NCBI RefSeq assembly: GCF_000025125.1
Contig: NC_013771.1
Coordinates: 450,001 to 482,000, forward strand
Reading direction: 5' to 3'
DNA length: 32,000 nucleotides
Source of the DNA: Candidatus Atelocyanobacterium thalassa isolate ALOHA
GTDB lineage: Bacteria > Cyanobacteriota > Cyanobacteriia > Cyanobacteriales > Microcystaceae
The translations under genes and the position numbers were made by a program. Within the stretch, counting starts at the first letter, position 1, and each line of letters opens with the position of its first letter. A model generated the notes under the pieces. The model searched no databases. It was not told the origin of the DNA and saw only the letters and a list, made by a program, of their open reading frames with translations. Shown here one piece after another: positions 9,776 through 18,634 of the stretch.

Positions 9776-10876
9776 TCAGCTACCATTGCTACTTTCTTTC
9801 CTAACACTAAGAGGTAGGGTAATATAGCCTAGAGCTTTACTTTGATTCTGCCCTTCAGTTAAAGCGTACTCGATCATGGTCTCCATTGCAATTGCTTTTT
9901 TAGGGTCATCATAGCTCTCATAAGCTAAAATCCAAGTATAAGTAACAATAGGATAAGAGTCCTCTCCTTGAGGGTCTGTAATAAAAGCACGTAAATTGTC
10001 TGGTAAAGAAACTGCCTCAAGAGTTTTAGAGGCAGTTTCACTATTAGCCTCAATGTAATTGCCTGAAGCATTCTCTAATAAGGCAGTTGGTAATTGACTA
10101 TTTTTAGCATAACCATATTCAATATAGCCAATAGCCCCTTTATTTTGCTGAATAAGAGCAGTCACCCCTGCATTCCTTTTCCCACCAATAAATTTCCCTG
10201 TTGTAATTGGCCATTCAACACTTCTACCTTGACCAATATCAGTTTCCCATTGCTGACTAATAGTACTGAGATGTTTGGTAAATACTCCTGTAGTACCACT
10301 ACCATCAGAACGATGAACAACAGTTATAGGCAAATTAGGTAATTGTTGATTTGGATTTAATGAAGAAATTTTAGGATCATCCCAATAAGTTATCTTTCCA
10401 CTAAAAATATCCACGTAAACTTCTCTCGATAATTTTAGTTCAGTAATACCAGGAACATTATAAGCAATTACGATACTACCAGCAGTTATAGGAAGCATAT
10501 AAACGCCTTTATCTACTCTACTAATTTCTGCATCTTCCATTGCTACATCGCTTGCCCCAAAGTCCACGATTCCCATAGTAAATTGTCTTACACCAGTCCC
10601 ACTACCCATAGACTGATAATCAATTTGTAAGTTAGGTATAGATTGATGAATTTGTGCAAACCAATTTTGATATAAAGGTGCTGGGAATGAGCCTCCTGTT
10701 CCAATTAAAGAAACATTCTCTTCTATTGGAAATTTTGATGCTATGTCTATTTGAGGGTTAGATTCAATTGTTTTAACGTCAGAAGGATTACCTCCACAAG
10801 ATTCTAGAGCCGCAACTAAAGTTATAATAGATAGTGAGGTTATTGTTTGTTTAATTGATTTTACAGTTTTAAACAT
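9776..10876 (-). CDS. pstS: phosphate-binding protein PstS (lipoprotein-type signal)
   Basis: 366 aa. It has an N-terminal signal with a lipobox-like ALESC, phosphate-binding-protein motifs SMGSGTGVRQF and HRSDGSGTTGVFT, and is the first gene of the pst cluster. Confidence 0.92.
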   Translation of the reverse strand: MFKTVKSIKQTITSLSIITLVAALESCGGNPSDVKTIESNPQIDIASKFPIEENVSLIGTGGSFPAPLYQNWFAQIHQSIPNLQIDYQSMGSGTGVRQFTMGIVDFGASDVAMEDAEISRVDKGVYMLPITAGSIVIAYNVPGITELKLSREVYVDIFSGKITYWDDPKISSLNPNQQLPNLPITVVHRSDGSGTTGVFTKHLSTISQQWETDIGQGRSVEWPITTGKFIGGKRNAGVTALIQQNKGAIGYIEYGYAKNSQLPTALLENASGNYIEANSETASKTLEAVSLPDNLRAFITDPQGEDSYPIVTYTWILAYESYDDPKKAIAMETMIEYALTEGQNQSKALGYITLPLSVRKESSNGS

Positions 10877-10970
10877 AAGAAGTTAATTGATGGAATAATC
10901 TAAACAAATCTTAGGGCAGAATTGAACATCTATGAAAGATATTTTGTTAAGAAATTGAAAATAAAACAAT

Positions 10971-11029
10971 ATCGAGTAGGATATTGATAATCAATACATA
11001 AAGTAAGACCAAGGATTATCTTACTCGAT
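10971..11029. repeat. nested inverted repeat upstream of pstS
   Basis: The outer arms are ATCGAGTAGGATA / TATCTTACTCGAT (12 Watson-Crick pairs plus 1 G-T, including 5 G:C pairs). They enclose the inner palindrome TATTGATAATCAATA at 10982-10996. The element lies 95-150 nt upstream of the pstS start. Confidence 0.6.
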
Positions 11030-11590
11030 TAAATAATGAATTTCAAAAAACTTGTTTTAATTAAAATAAGTTTTTTGACAGCAAGAGAAGCCTCTGCTTT
11101 TAATTTTTTTATAATTCTGTTAATTTTACATAATTATCTCAAGTTGTTCGAGGAGTATGAAAACTATTTTCCTGAAATAAGAAAGAACTGCTTACGTTTT
11201 AATTCTGCAATTATTACTTAGGATAACTAGTTTAAGTAAATGATGCTTATATCATGTTGCTTTTCTGTAAAACTATTTTTTGAGACCTTTAATGTATCCA
11301 AAAACAACTAATATTTTTTCGAAAGAAAAAAGTATTATTAAAAAGTAGAATGACTAGCTTATCTTCTGGATTTTCCATAAGGTACTTATAAATTAAAAGT
11401 TGTACAATATCATTCAACCATACTATTACTTATATATGATAAATAAATAATAGTATAATAAAGAATATTTTGGATAATCTTTTCAAGTAAAATTTTGAAA
11501 AACCATAGGTTATAAGAATATAGTAAGAAAAATAAATATTTTTAATAAAATCTTACAGTATTTATTCATATATCTTGATTTTAGCTCTAT

Positions 11591-12370
11591 ATGATAACTA
11601 ATAAATTAGCTACAAATTGGCAATGGAAAACATTAAATGGTTTGCCTTACTTAACTTGTAATTTTTTAAAGCAATGGAACCATGGCTTTCTCACCAGGTC
11701 TTTTCACCCTTTATCTCCTGAAAAAATAGGGAGGTTCTTTCACTCAGATGTAACTAATTACCAATTAAAACAAGTACATAGTAATCTTATATTGTCATCT
11801 AATGAGATTGACAAATTTTCTTTAAAAAATAGTGCACTTTTAGGAGATGGAATAATTTCGAATAAGAAAAAACAAGCTCTTTGGGTAGCCAGTGCGGATT
11901 GTGTTCCTATTCTCATAGGCGATTGTAAAACAGGTTATGTTGCTGCAATTCATGCTGGATGGAAAGGAACTGCACAACGTATCGTTCCAGAGGCAATTAT
12001 TCGATTGCAAGATTGGGGAAGTTCTCTAGAAAATCTATATATCGCAATTGGACCAGCAATTAATGGACGGCTATATCAAGTTTCCAGATCTGTTGCCACA
12101 AAGATATTGGTAAGTTTGGATAATAAGTCTAATTTAGGTAAAAAACTGAAACCTTTGAATAATATTCCTATTTCTTTTAATCAAAAGAGAGATAAAGTCT
12201 ACATAAATATTGCTCAAATCAATCAAATTCAGTTAGAGCAACTAGGTGTTGATAAAGACAAGATATCTATTGCCCCTTATTGTACATATCAATCTTCTTC
12301 TAATTTCTTTTCCTATAGACGTACTGGCGCTAGGCAGGTTCAATGGTCACTAATTATCTCAGACAAATAA
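11591..12370 (+). CDS. pgeF: YfiH/PgeF (DUF152) family protein: peptidoglycan editing factor / purine nucleoside phosphorylase-like
   Basis: 259 aa. It has the HGFLTRS, QVHSN, SADCVPIL and AAIHAGWKGT motifs (conserved His/Cys/His ligands of DUF152). Confidence 0.85.
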   Translation: MITNKLATNWQWKTLNGLPYLTCNFLKQWNHGFLTRSFHPLSPEKIGRFFHSDVTNYQLKQVHSNLILSSNEIDKFSLKNSALLGDGIISNKKKQALWVASADCVPILIGDCKTGYVAAIHAGWKGTAQRIVPEAIIRLQDWGSSLENLYIAIGPAINGRLYQVSRSVATKILVSLDNKSNLGKKLKPLNNIPISFNQKRDKVYINIAQINQIQLEQLGVDKDKISIAPYCTYQSSSNFFSYRRTGARQVQWSLIISDK

Positions 12371-12921
12371 ACTTTTTTAAAAAATATTTTATTTTATTTA
12401 CTAATTACTACAGAATAGCATTGCTATCTTAAATTTTATAGAAAATATCGTATTGAATGTTAAATTAACGACAAGAAATTATTTTTAGAATTTTTTATCT
12501 ACGAAGATAATTTTGAGTTGCGTAATTATATTTTGTAATATTAGCAATAGATTACAAATTATTTTTTAATTTAATTTTATAAAAAATAGGTTTTACAATT
12601 CATATATTTAGATCAGTAACTAGTACTAAATAAATTTTTAGCTTTATTCTAATGAGCTATTTAAAGACTTATAAGATATGATTGACAGTATTTAGAGTGA
12701 TTAAAGTTTTCTATATTTTCAGTATCTAAATTATTTTAGCCCTTATAAATGTTGACAAATATTCATTTCAGGTAGCTTCTAGCTAATTATTTAATAATAA
12801 ATAAAATATAGAAAAATTGTTGAAATATTATTAATGCTTAAAAAGTCTTATTTATAAAAATCTTGAATGACTATCCACCTTTTAATTATACTTAGTTATT
12901 GGGGTATTTAAAGAAGAATTT

Positions 12922-14613
12922 ATGACCGAATCAACCTCTCCCTCGAATCTTACTAATACTTTAATTGGACGCCTTCCTTCAAAAGGATGGATAGTAGTAG
13001 TTATTACAATTGCTGCTCTAATCTCGACTCCTATACTATTTGTATTCAGTAGTGTTTTTACTGATGCAGGAGATATTTGGCAACATTTAGCTGATACAGT
13101 TTTGACTGACTACATACTAAATTCTTTATGTTTAATGCTAGGCGTAGGAATTGGGGTATTAGTTATTGGGGTCACAACTGCATGGCTTGTTAGTCTCTGT
13201 CAATTTTCGGGGTGTGACTGGTTTGAATGGCTTTTACTAATGCCTTTATCTGCTCCAGCTTATCTTCTGGCATATACTTACACAGATATGCTGGATTATT
13301 ATGGTCCTGTACAAATAGCTCTTAGGAATTGGTTTGGATGGCAAGACTTTAATGATTACTGGTTCCCAAATATTCGTTCATTATGGGGAGCAGTTATTAT
13401 GTTGATTTTAGTACTTTATCCTTATGTTTATCTATTAGCAAGAACTGCTTTTTTAGAACAGTCTATTTGTACACTGGAAGCTAGTCGTTCTTTGGGTTGT
13501 AGTCCATGGAAAAGTTTTTCAAAAGTTACTCTTCCTTTAGCTCGTCCCGCCATAATAGCAGGATTAGCTTTAGCTTTAATGGAAACATTAAATGATTTTG
13601 GTACTGTTCAATATTTTGGAATTAATACCTTTACTACAGGCATCTTTAGTATCTGGTTTGATTTTGGAGAGAGACAAGCAGCTGGGCAATTGGCTGCTTG
13701 TTTGATGTTATTTATTTTTTGCTTAATTATTTTAGAATTATGGTCTCGCCGAAAAATACGTTATTACCAAAATAGCAGTGCCCGTATAAGATTACCTCGC
13801 TATCAATTAAAATCATGGCGGGGGTTAATTGCTTGGTTAATTTGTTTCTTACCTTTTTTAGGGGGATTTTTAATACCTGCTATTTATTTAACTAAATTAG
13901 TTGTTGCTAATTTCACTACTGCCTTTGCTAACAATTTTTGGAATTTAGCCAGCCATAGCTTAACTGTTGCTTTTATAAGCTCAATTCTTTCTGCTACCTT
14001 AGCTTTAATCATGGCTTATGGGCAACGTTCAGAAAATAATTTTCTTGTTAACATATCTATTAAAGTCGCTGCTCTTGGATATGCGATTCCAGGATCGGTT
14101 ATTGCAGTAGGAATATTAATTCCTTTAGGACGTTTAGATAATATTATTACTAACTTTATTGGACAGATTTTCGAGATCAAAATTGGGTTGTTAATTAGTG
14201 GCACAATAATAGCTCTAATTTATTCTTATCTAGTAAGGTTTCTAGCCGTTGCCTTTGGGTCAGTTGATTCAAGTTTGGGGAAAATAAAGCCTAGTCTAGA
14301 TGACGCTGCTAGAAGTTTAGGATCTACACCTAGAAATATTCTAATTAAAATTCATACACCTTTAATGACTGGTGGAATACTTACAGCAATCATGTTAGTT
14401 TTTGTAGATGTAATGAAAGAACTTCCTGCTACACTAGTTATTCGTCCTTTTAACTTTGATACCTTAGCAATTAGAGTTTATCAATATGCTTCAGACGAAA
14501 GGTTGTCAGAAGCTGCTGCGCCAGCTTTAGCTATTGTTTTAGTTGGCTTAATTCCTGTTATTTTTCTTAGTTGGCAGATTACTAGAGCAAGACGTCATCA
14601 AGACTCTTTTTAG
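12922..14613 (+). CDS. futB: ferric iron ABC transporter permease, fused two-module FbpB/HitB/FutB type
   Basis: 563 aa with about 12 predicted TM segments. It has two tandem ABC permease modules, each with an EAA-type loop (LEASRSLGCSPWKSFSKVTLPLARPA; DDAARSLGSTPRNILIKIHTPLM). No cognate binding protein or ATPase lies in the window. Confidence 0.75.
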   Translation: MTESTSPSNLTNTLIGRLPSKGWIVVVITIAALISTPILFVFSSVFTDAGDIWQHLADTVLTDYILNSLCLMLGVGIGVLVIGVTTAWLVSLCQFSGCDWFEWLLLMPLSAPAYLLAYTYTDMLDYYGPVQIALRNWFGWQDFNDYWFPNIRSLWGAVIMLILVLYPYVYLLARTAFLEQSICTLEASRSLGCSPWKSFSKVTLPLARPAIIAGLALALMETLNDFGTVQYFGINTFTTGIFSIWFDFGERQAAGQLAACLMLFIFCLIILELWSRRKIRYYQNSSARIRLPRYQLKSWRGLIAWLICFLPFLGGFLIPAIYLTKLVVANFTTAFANNFWNLASHSLTVAFISSILSATLALIMAYGQRSENNFLVNISIKVAALGYAIPGSVIAVGILIPLGRLDNIITNFIGQIFEIKIGLLISGTIIALIYSYLVRFLAVAFGSVDSSLGKIKPSLDDAARSLGSTPRNILIKIHTPLMTGGILTAIMLVFVDVMKELPATLVIRPFNFDTLAIRVYQYASDERLSEAAAPALAIVLVGLIPVIFLSWQITRARRHQDSF

Positions 14614-14701
14614 AATTCTTAATTATGAAAAAATAATTAAAGTTAAAGAAAGATGTTCTATTTTTAATGAAAGTATTGAGATATGTTCAATAACTCAAGC
14701 T

Positions 14702-14749
14702 TTATAGGATAAGTTAAATAAATTTTTCATTATTTAAATTATCCTATAA
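14702..14749 (+). terminator. 48-nt stem-loop ~90 nt downstream of the futB-type permease
   Basis: TTATAGGATAA-G-TTAAATAA [ATTTTTCA] TTATTTAA-A-TTATCCTATAA. It has 19 pairs, one G/A mismatch and an 8-nt loop, and no U-tract follows it. Confidence 0.35.
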
Positions 14750-15106
14750 CTTACAGGCAAAGTATCTTAGCCATAAGTTAATGTAATTATTAATTTATGT
14801 CATAATGTAGGGCTTCTACTGTTATTAGAAGAAATAAATCTAAACGATTAATATTATTTTCTTAAGATGCTGTGTTCTCTCTAATTTAATTCGTCAAAGT
14901 AATCTACAATTAACTACGATCACCATAAAAAACACAGAGCAAATCATCTAGACTTCTCTAAAGCCTACAGAAAAGCTACTCAAAATTTATATTGCGAGAA
15001 GTTGGTTTTAGTATGTACTAGTTATAAAGGCAACACTTATGTTCCCTCTGAGTAATTACTTAATGGTAGAAATTACCTACTATCAAATCTAAAACTAGAA
15101 ATAAAT

Positions 15107-17194
15107 ATGACAAAAGACCTGAATTATTATCGTAACATTGGCATCTTTGCTCATGTAGATGCTGGAAAAACTACTACTACTGAACGAATCTTAAAACTAA
15201 CAGGTAAGATACATAAAATTGGTGAGGTACACGAAGGAGCTGCAACTACCGATTTTATGGAACAAGAGCAAGAAAGAGGTATCACCATACAATCTGCAGC
15301 AACTAGTTGCTTTTGGAGGGATCATCAGTTAAATATTATAGATACCCCTGGGCACGTTGATTTCACAATTGAGGTTTACCGCTCTTTAAAAGTTTTAGAT
15401 GGTGGAATTGGAGTTTTTTGCGGTTCAGGAGGTGTAGAACCTCAGTCTGAAACAAATTGGCGCTATGCTAATGACTCTAAAGTTGCTCGCATTATTTATA
15501 TTAATAAACTTGATAGGACTGGTGCTGATTTTTTCAGAGTTACTCAACAAGTTGATGAAATATTAGCTGCTAAGCCTCTTGTAATGGTATTACCTATCGG
15601 AATAGAAAATGATTTTTGTGGTGTCGTAGACTTACTCACTGAAAAAGCATGGATCTGGGATAATTCTGGAGATCCGATGAAGTATACCGTAGAAGATGTT
15701 CCTGAAGACATGAAAGAACAGGTAGCAGAATATAGAGAAATGCTCATTGAAACTGCTATAGAACAAGATGATACTTTAATGGAAAAGTATCTTGAGGGGG
15801 AAGAGTTAACTATTGATGAAATTAAGTTTTGTATTCGAAAAGGTACTCGTGATCTTGCCTTTTTCCCTACTTATTGTGGCTCCTCTTTCAAAAATAAAGG
15901 AGTACAGCTAGTGCTTGATGCTGTAATCGATTATCTTCCTAATCCTATGGAGGTAAAACCACAGCCAGAAGTAGATTTAGAAGGAAAAGAAACAGGAAAT
16001 TATGCTATTGTAGATGTTGAAAAACCCTTAAGAGCGTTAGCTTTCAAAATCATGGATGATCGTTTTGGAGCGCTAACATTCACACGTATTTATTCAGGAA
16101 AAATCGCTAAGGGTGATACTGTACTAAATACAGCAACAGGAAAAACAGAAAGAATTAGTCGCTTAGTAGAAATGCATGCTGACTCTCGAGAAGAAGTAGA
16201 GTCAGCACAAGCAGGAGATATTATAGCCATTGTAGGTATGAAAAATGTCCAAACAGGTCATACTTTATGTGACCCCAAACTACCTGCAACATTAGAGCCT
16301 ATGGTTTTCCCAGATCCCGTGATATCTGTTGCTATTTCACCTAAGAAAAAAGGTGAAAATGAAAAAATGGCTTTAGCCATAAGTAAGATGGTTCAGGAAG
16401 ATCCATCTTTTTATATGGAAACAGATAAAGAAAGTGGTGAAACAATTATCAAGGGAATGGGAGAGCTGCATTTGGATATAAAAGTTGATATCCTTAAGCG
16501 TACTCATGGAATTGAAGTAGAAGTTGGTAAGCCACAAGTAGCTTATCGTGAGTCTATTACCAAAGTTGTTAAAGATACTTATGTTCACAAGAAACAATCT
16601 GGTGGTTCTGGTCAATTTGCGAAAATTGATTACAGTATCGAACCAGGAGAACCTGGTAGTGGCTTTCAGTTTACTTCAAAAGTTACAGGAGGCAATGTTC
16701 CAAGAGAATTTTGGCCTGCAGTTCAAAAAGGTTTTGAATCCAGTGTAAAAAAAGGTGTTTTAGCTGGTTATCCTTGTGTAGATTTAACAGTAAATCTTAC
16801 AGACGGATCATTTCACCCAGTTGATTCTTCAGCTATAGCTTTTGAGATTGCAGCTAGAGCTGCTTATCGTCAAACAGTTCCTAAGGCTGGACCTCAATTA
16901 TTAGAGCCTATTATGAATGTAGATGTTTTTACTCCTGAAGATTATATGGGAGATGTCATAGGAGATATTAATCGCCGTCGTGGTATGATAAAGTCTCAAA
17001 ATTCAACACCTATGGGAGCACGAATCAAAGCAGATATTCCTTTAAGTGAGATGTTTGGCTATATAGGTGATTTGCGTACAATGACTTCTGGACGTGGTCA
17101 GTTTTCTATGGAATTTGGTCATTATGCTCCAGCTCCAAGTAATATAGCAGAAGAAGTCATCAAAGAAGTAAAAGAGCGTCAAGCCTCTTCTTAG
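15107..17194 (+). CDS. elongation factor G family GTPase, stand-alone paralog (EF-G 2-like)
   Basis: 695 aa with G1 [10 protein letters not shown]2 RGITI, G3 DTPGHVDF, G4 NKLD and full EF-G domains II-V. It is not flanked by rpsL/rpsG/tuf, so it is not the str-operon copy. Confidence 0.9.
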   Translation: MTKDLNYYRNIGIFAHVDAGKTTTTERILKLTGKIHKIGEVHEGAATTDFMEQEQERGITIQSAATSCFWRDHQLNIIDTPGHVDFTIEVYRSLKVLDGGIGVFCGSGGVEPQSETNWRYANDSKVARIIYINKLDRTGADFFRVTQQVDEILAAKPLVMVLPIGIENDFCGVVDLLTEKAWIWDNSGDPMKYTVEDVPEDMKEQVAEYREMLIETAIEQDDTLMEKYLEGEELTIDEIKFCIRKGTRDLAFFPTYCGSSFKNKGVQLVLDAVIDYLPNPMEVKPQPEVDLEGKETGNYAIVDVEKPLRALAFKIMDDRFGALTFTRIYSGKIAKGDTVLNTATGKTERISRLVEMHADSREEVESAQAGDIIAIVGMKNVQTGHTLCDPKLPATLEPMVFPDPVISVAISPKKKGENEKMALAISKMVQEDPSFYMETDKESGETIIKGMGELHLDIKVDILKRTHGIEVEVGKPQVAYRESITKVVKDTYVHKKQSGGSGQFAKIDYSIEPGEPGSGFQFTSKVTGGNVPREFWPAVQKGFESSVKKGVLAGYPCVDLTVNLTDGSFHPVDSSAIAFEIAARAAYRQTVPKAGPQLLEPIMNVDVFTPEDYMGDVIGDINRRRGMIKSQNSTPMGARIKADIPLSEMFGYIGDLRTMTSGRGQFSMEFGHYAPAPSNIAEEVIKEVKERQASS

Positions 17195-17211
17195 TTTACA
17201 AAATTTACTTG

Positions 17212-17254
17212 ATACTAATATATTTTTTATTTAAAAAATATTACCTATTAGTAT
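17212..17254 (+). terminator. stem-loop 17 nt after the EF-G paralog stop
   Basis: The outer stem ATACTAATA/TATTAGTAT (9 bp) stacks on the inner stem TATTTTTT-ATTT-AAAAAATA (8 bp), with a 5-nt bulge on the 3' side. Confidence 0.35.
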
Positions 17255-17259
17255 TTCAA

Positions 17260-17307
17260 AATAAATGATTTTCTTGTATTTTTATAAATATAGGAAAATC
17301 ATTTATT
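17260..17307 (-). terminator. stem-loop 26 nt after the SpoIID-domain gene stop
   Basis: AATAAATGATTTTC / GAAAATCATTTATT is a 14-bp perfect stem. It extends by 8 more positions, including two G-T pairs when read on the plus strand. Confidence 0.45.
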
Positions 17308-17332
17308 AATAATAGATTATTTAACTAACTTA

Positions 17333-18454
17333 CTATTTCAAAAGGGTTAAATTAGAATTTTGATAGTAATGACTTAAAATTCGATAATAGGGGACATTCT
17401 GTTTTGCTAAATAAAAACTTCCCCATTGACTCATTCCAATACCATGTCCAAATCCTCTTCCTTTAATTGTAAAAGATTCTTTATCAACTGATATTTTAAA
17501 TATCGTGCTTTTTAATTTAAGTATTTTACGTAATTCGACTCCTGAAATTATTTTTGATCCTTTATTACCTAGAACTTTTAAAGTTCGTATACGACCACTT
17601 GAAGTTACTTGTTCAGGAACTAACGAATAGATTGAGCCTAATCCGCTTATTAATTGGTTTATTTCTAATAAACTAAAAGTTTTACTCCATGAATATACAG
17701 GAGAAAGGTGGTCATAATCTGAAACTCCTTTCAAATAAGGTAAAGAAGAATTCCATACATTTTTAACACTCTCTGTATGACCACCAGAAGATGAATGAAA
17801 TACTGATAAAATAAGTTTTCCATCATGAGTCAAAACTTCTCCAGAAGTTACTCTAACTGCATTATGAGTTGCCACAGACTCTGCTTCCATTCCTCTGTAA
17901 ATTTGAGTTTTAGTAGTTGTATCTAAATCATAATATATATTATTTGAAGTAGATGTTTTAAAAAGAGCATAAGTACGTGCGACTACTGCTTGAGCTTTTA
18001 GGGCTTCTTTAGGCCAGGAAGGGTAAGATTCACCACCCACAACACTATAGAGATATTCATCCAAATCAACCAAGTTGATAACTATTATTGAGTTTCTTTC
18101 TTTAATAATTAATATTTTACCTCTATACCAGTGACCATCTATCCAAACTGCGCCTTTCTTTTGAGGCTCTATTAAAAAATAGTCTAACTTCCAATGCTTA
18201 AGGCTAATTTTGTTTTGATTAAATAACTTTATTTTAAATTTATTTAATGGAGTTAGATTACCTATTTGTTTTCCTTGGCTGTTTATAACATTTGCCGGAG
18301 AAGAACTACCTATATGTAAAGTCTTCACATTTTTTTTAATAGCAACACGAAGCTCTGTGTAGGCATATGTAGATGAACAAGAAAATAATATTATGTAAAC
18401 TATTAAACTTCTAAAAAGCGTGATAATAAATGGATTTTTTAAGCTTATTATCAT
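17333..18454 (-). CDS. SpoIID/LytB domain protein (cell-wall amidase enhancer family)
   Basis: 373 aa with an N-terminal hydrophobic signal. SpoIID-family motifs are ALKAQAVVARTYAL, FHSSSGGHTES and GHGIGMSQWG. Confidence 0.85.
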   Translation of the reverse strand: MIISLKNPFIITLFRSLIVYIILFSCSSTYAYTELRVAIKKNVKTLHIGSSSPANVINSQGKQIGNLTPLNKFKIKLFNQNKISLKHWKLDYFLIEPQKKGAVWIDGHWYRGKILIIKERNSIIVINLVDLDEYLYSVVGGESYPSWPKEALKAQAVVARTYALFKTSTSNNIYYDLDTTTKTQIYRGMEAESVATHNAVRVTSGEVLTHDGKLILSVFHSSSGGHTESVKNVWNSSLPYLKGVSDYDHLSPVYSWSKTFSLLEINQLISGLGSIYSLVPEQVTSSGRIRTLKVLGNKGSKIISGVELRKILKLKSTIFKISVDKESFTIKGRGFGHGIGMSQWGSFYLAKQNVPYYRILSHYYQNSNLTLLK

Positions 18455-18536
18455 AAACCTTACTTTTTAAATCCTCATAAACATATGAAGACTATATTAT
18501 AGTTAATCTCTTACAAAATTTTAAATATAAATAATA

Positions 18537-18583
18537 AAGTTAGGTTTCAAAGTTATTTTAAGAATAACTTTAAAGCCTAACTT
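18537..18583 (-). terminator. stem-loop 52 nt after the nrdA stop, followed by a U-rich tract on the minus strand
   Basis: AAGTTAGGTTTCAAAGTTATT / AATAACTTTAAAGCCTAACTT spans 21 positions (19 Watson-Crick, 1 wobble, 1 mismatch). On the minus strand it is followed by TTATTATTTATATTT. Confidence 0.5.
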
Positions 18584-18634
18584 CAATTTACTAATTAAAA
18601 ATATGAATTTTCGATTTTCTGTGTATTGTATTAG

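Noticed and set aside
10094-10342. 82-aa ORF on the plus strand
   Set aside because: It is antisense to pstS.
10877-11040. Search for SphR/PhoB Pho boxes (tandem PyTTAAPyPy(T/A) repeats at 11-bp phasing) upstream of pstS
   Set aside because: Only isolated TTAA-containing octamers are present (for example CTTAACAA on the minus strand), and they have no phased partners. I cannot support a Pho box call by eye.
11036-11221. 61-aa intergenic ORF on the plus strand in the pstS/pgeF spacer
   Set aside because: It has no Shine-Dalgarno sequence. Its F/I/L/N/K-dominated composition is what random AT-rich DNA produces, and I recognise no motif. It cannot be fully excluded without comparative data.
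12373-12384. TTTTTTAAAAAA immediately after the pgeF stop codon
   Set aside because: It is a 6-bp-arm palindrome with no loop. It is at chance level and would not form a stable hairpin.
14016-14204. 62-aa ORF on the minus strand
   Set aside because: It is antisense to the iron permease CDS.
15544-15747. 67-aa ORF on the minus strand
   Set aside because: It is antisense to the EF-G paralog.
16373-16748. 80-aa minus-strand ORF and 66-aa plus-strand off-frame ORF
   Set aside because: Both are embedded in the EF-G paralog CDS, one antisense and one out of frame.
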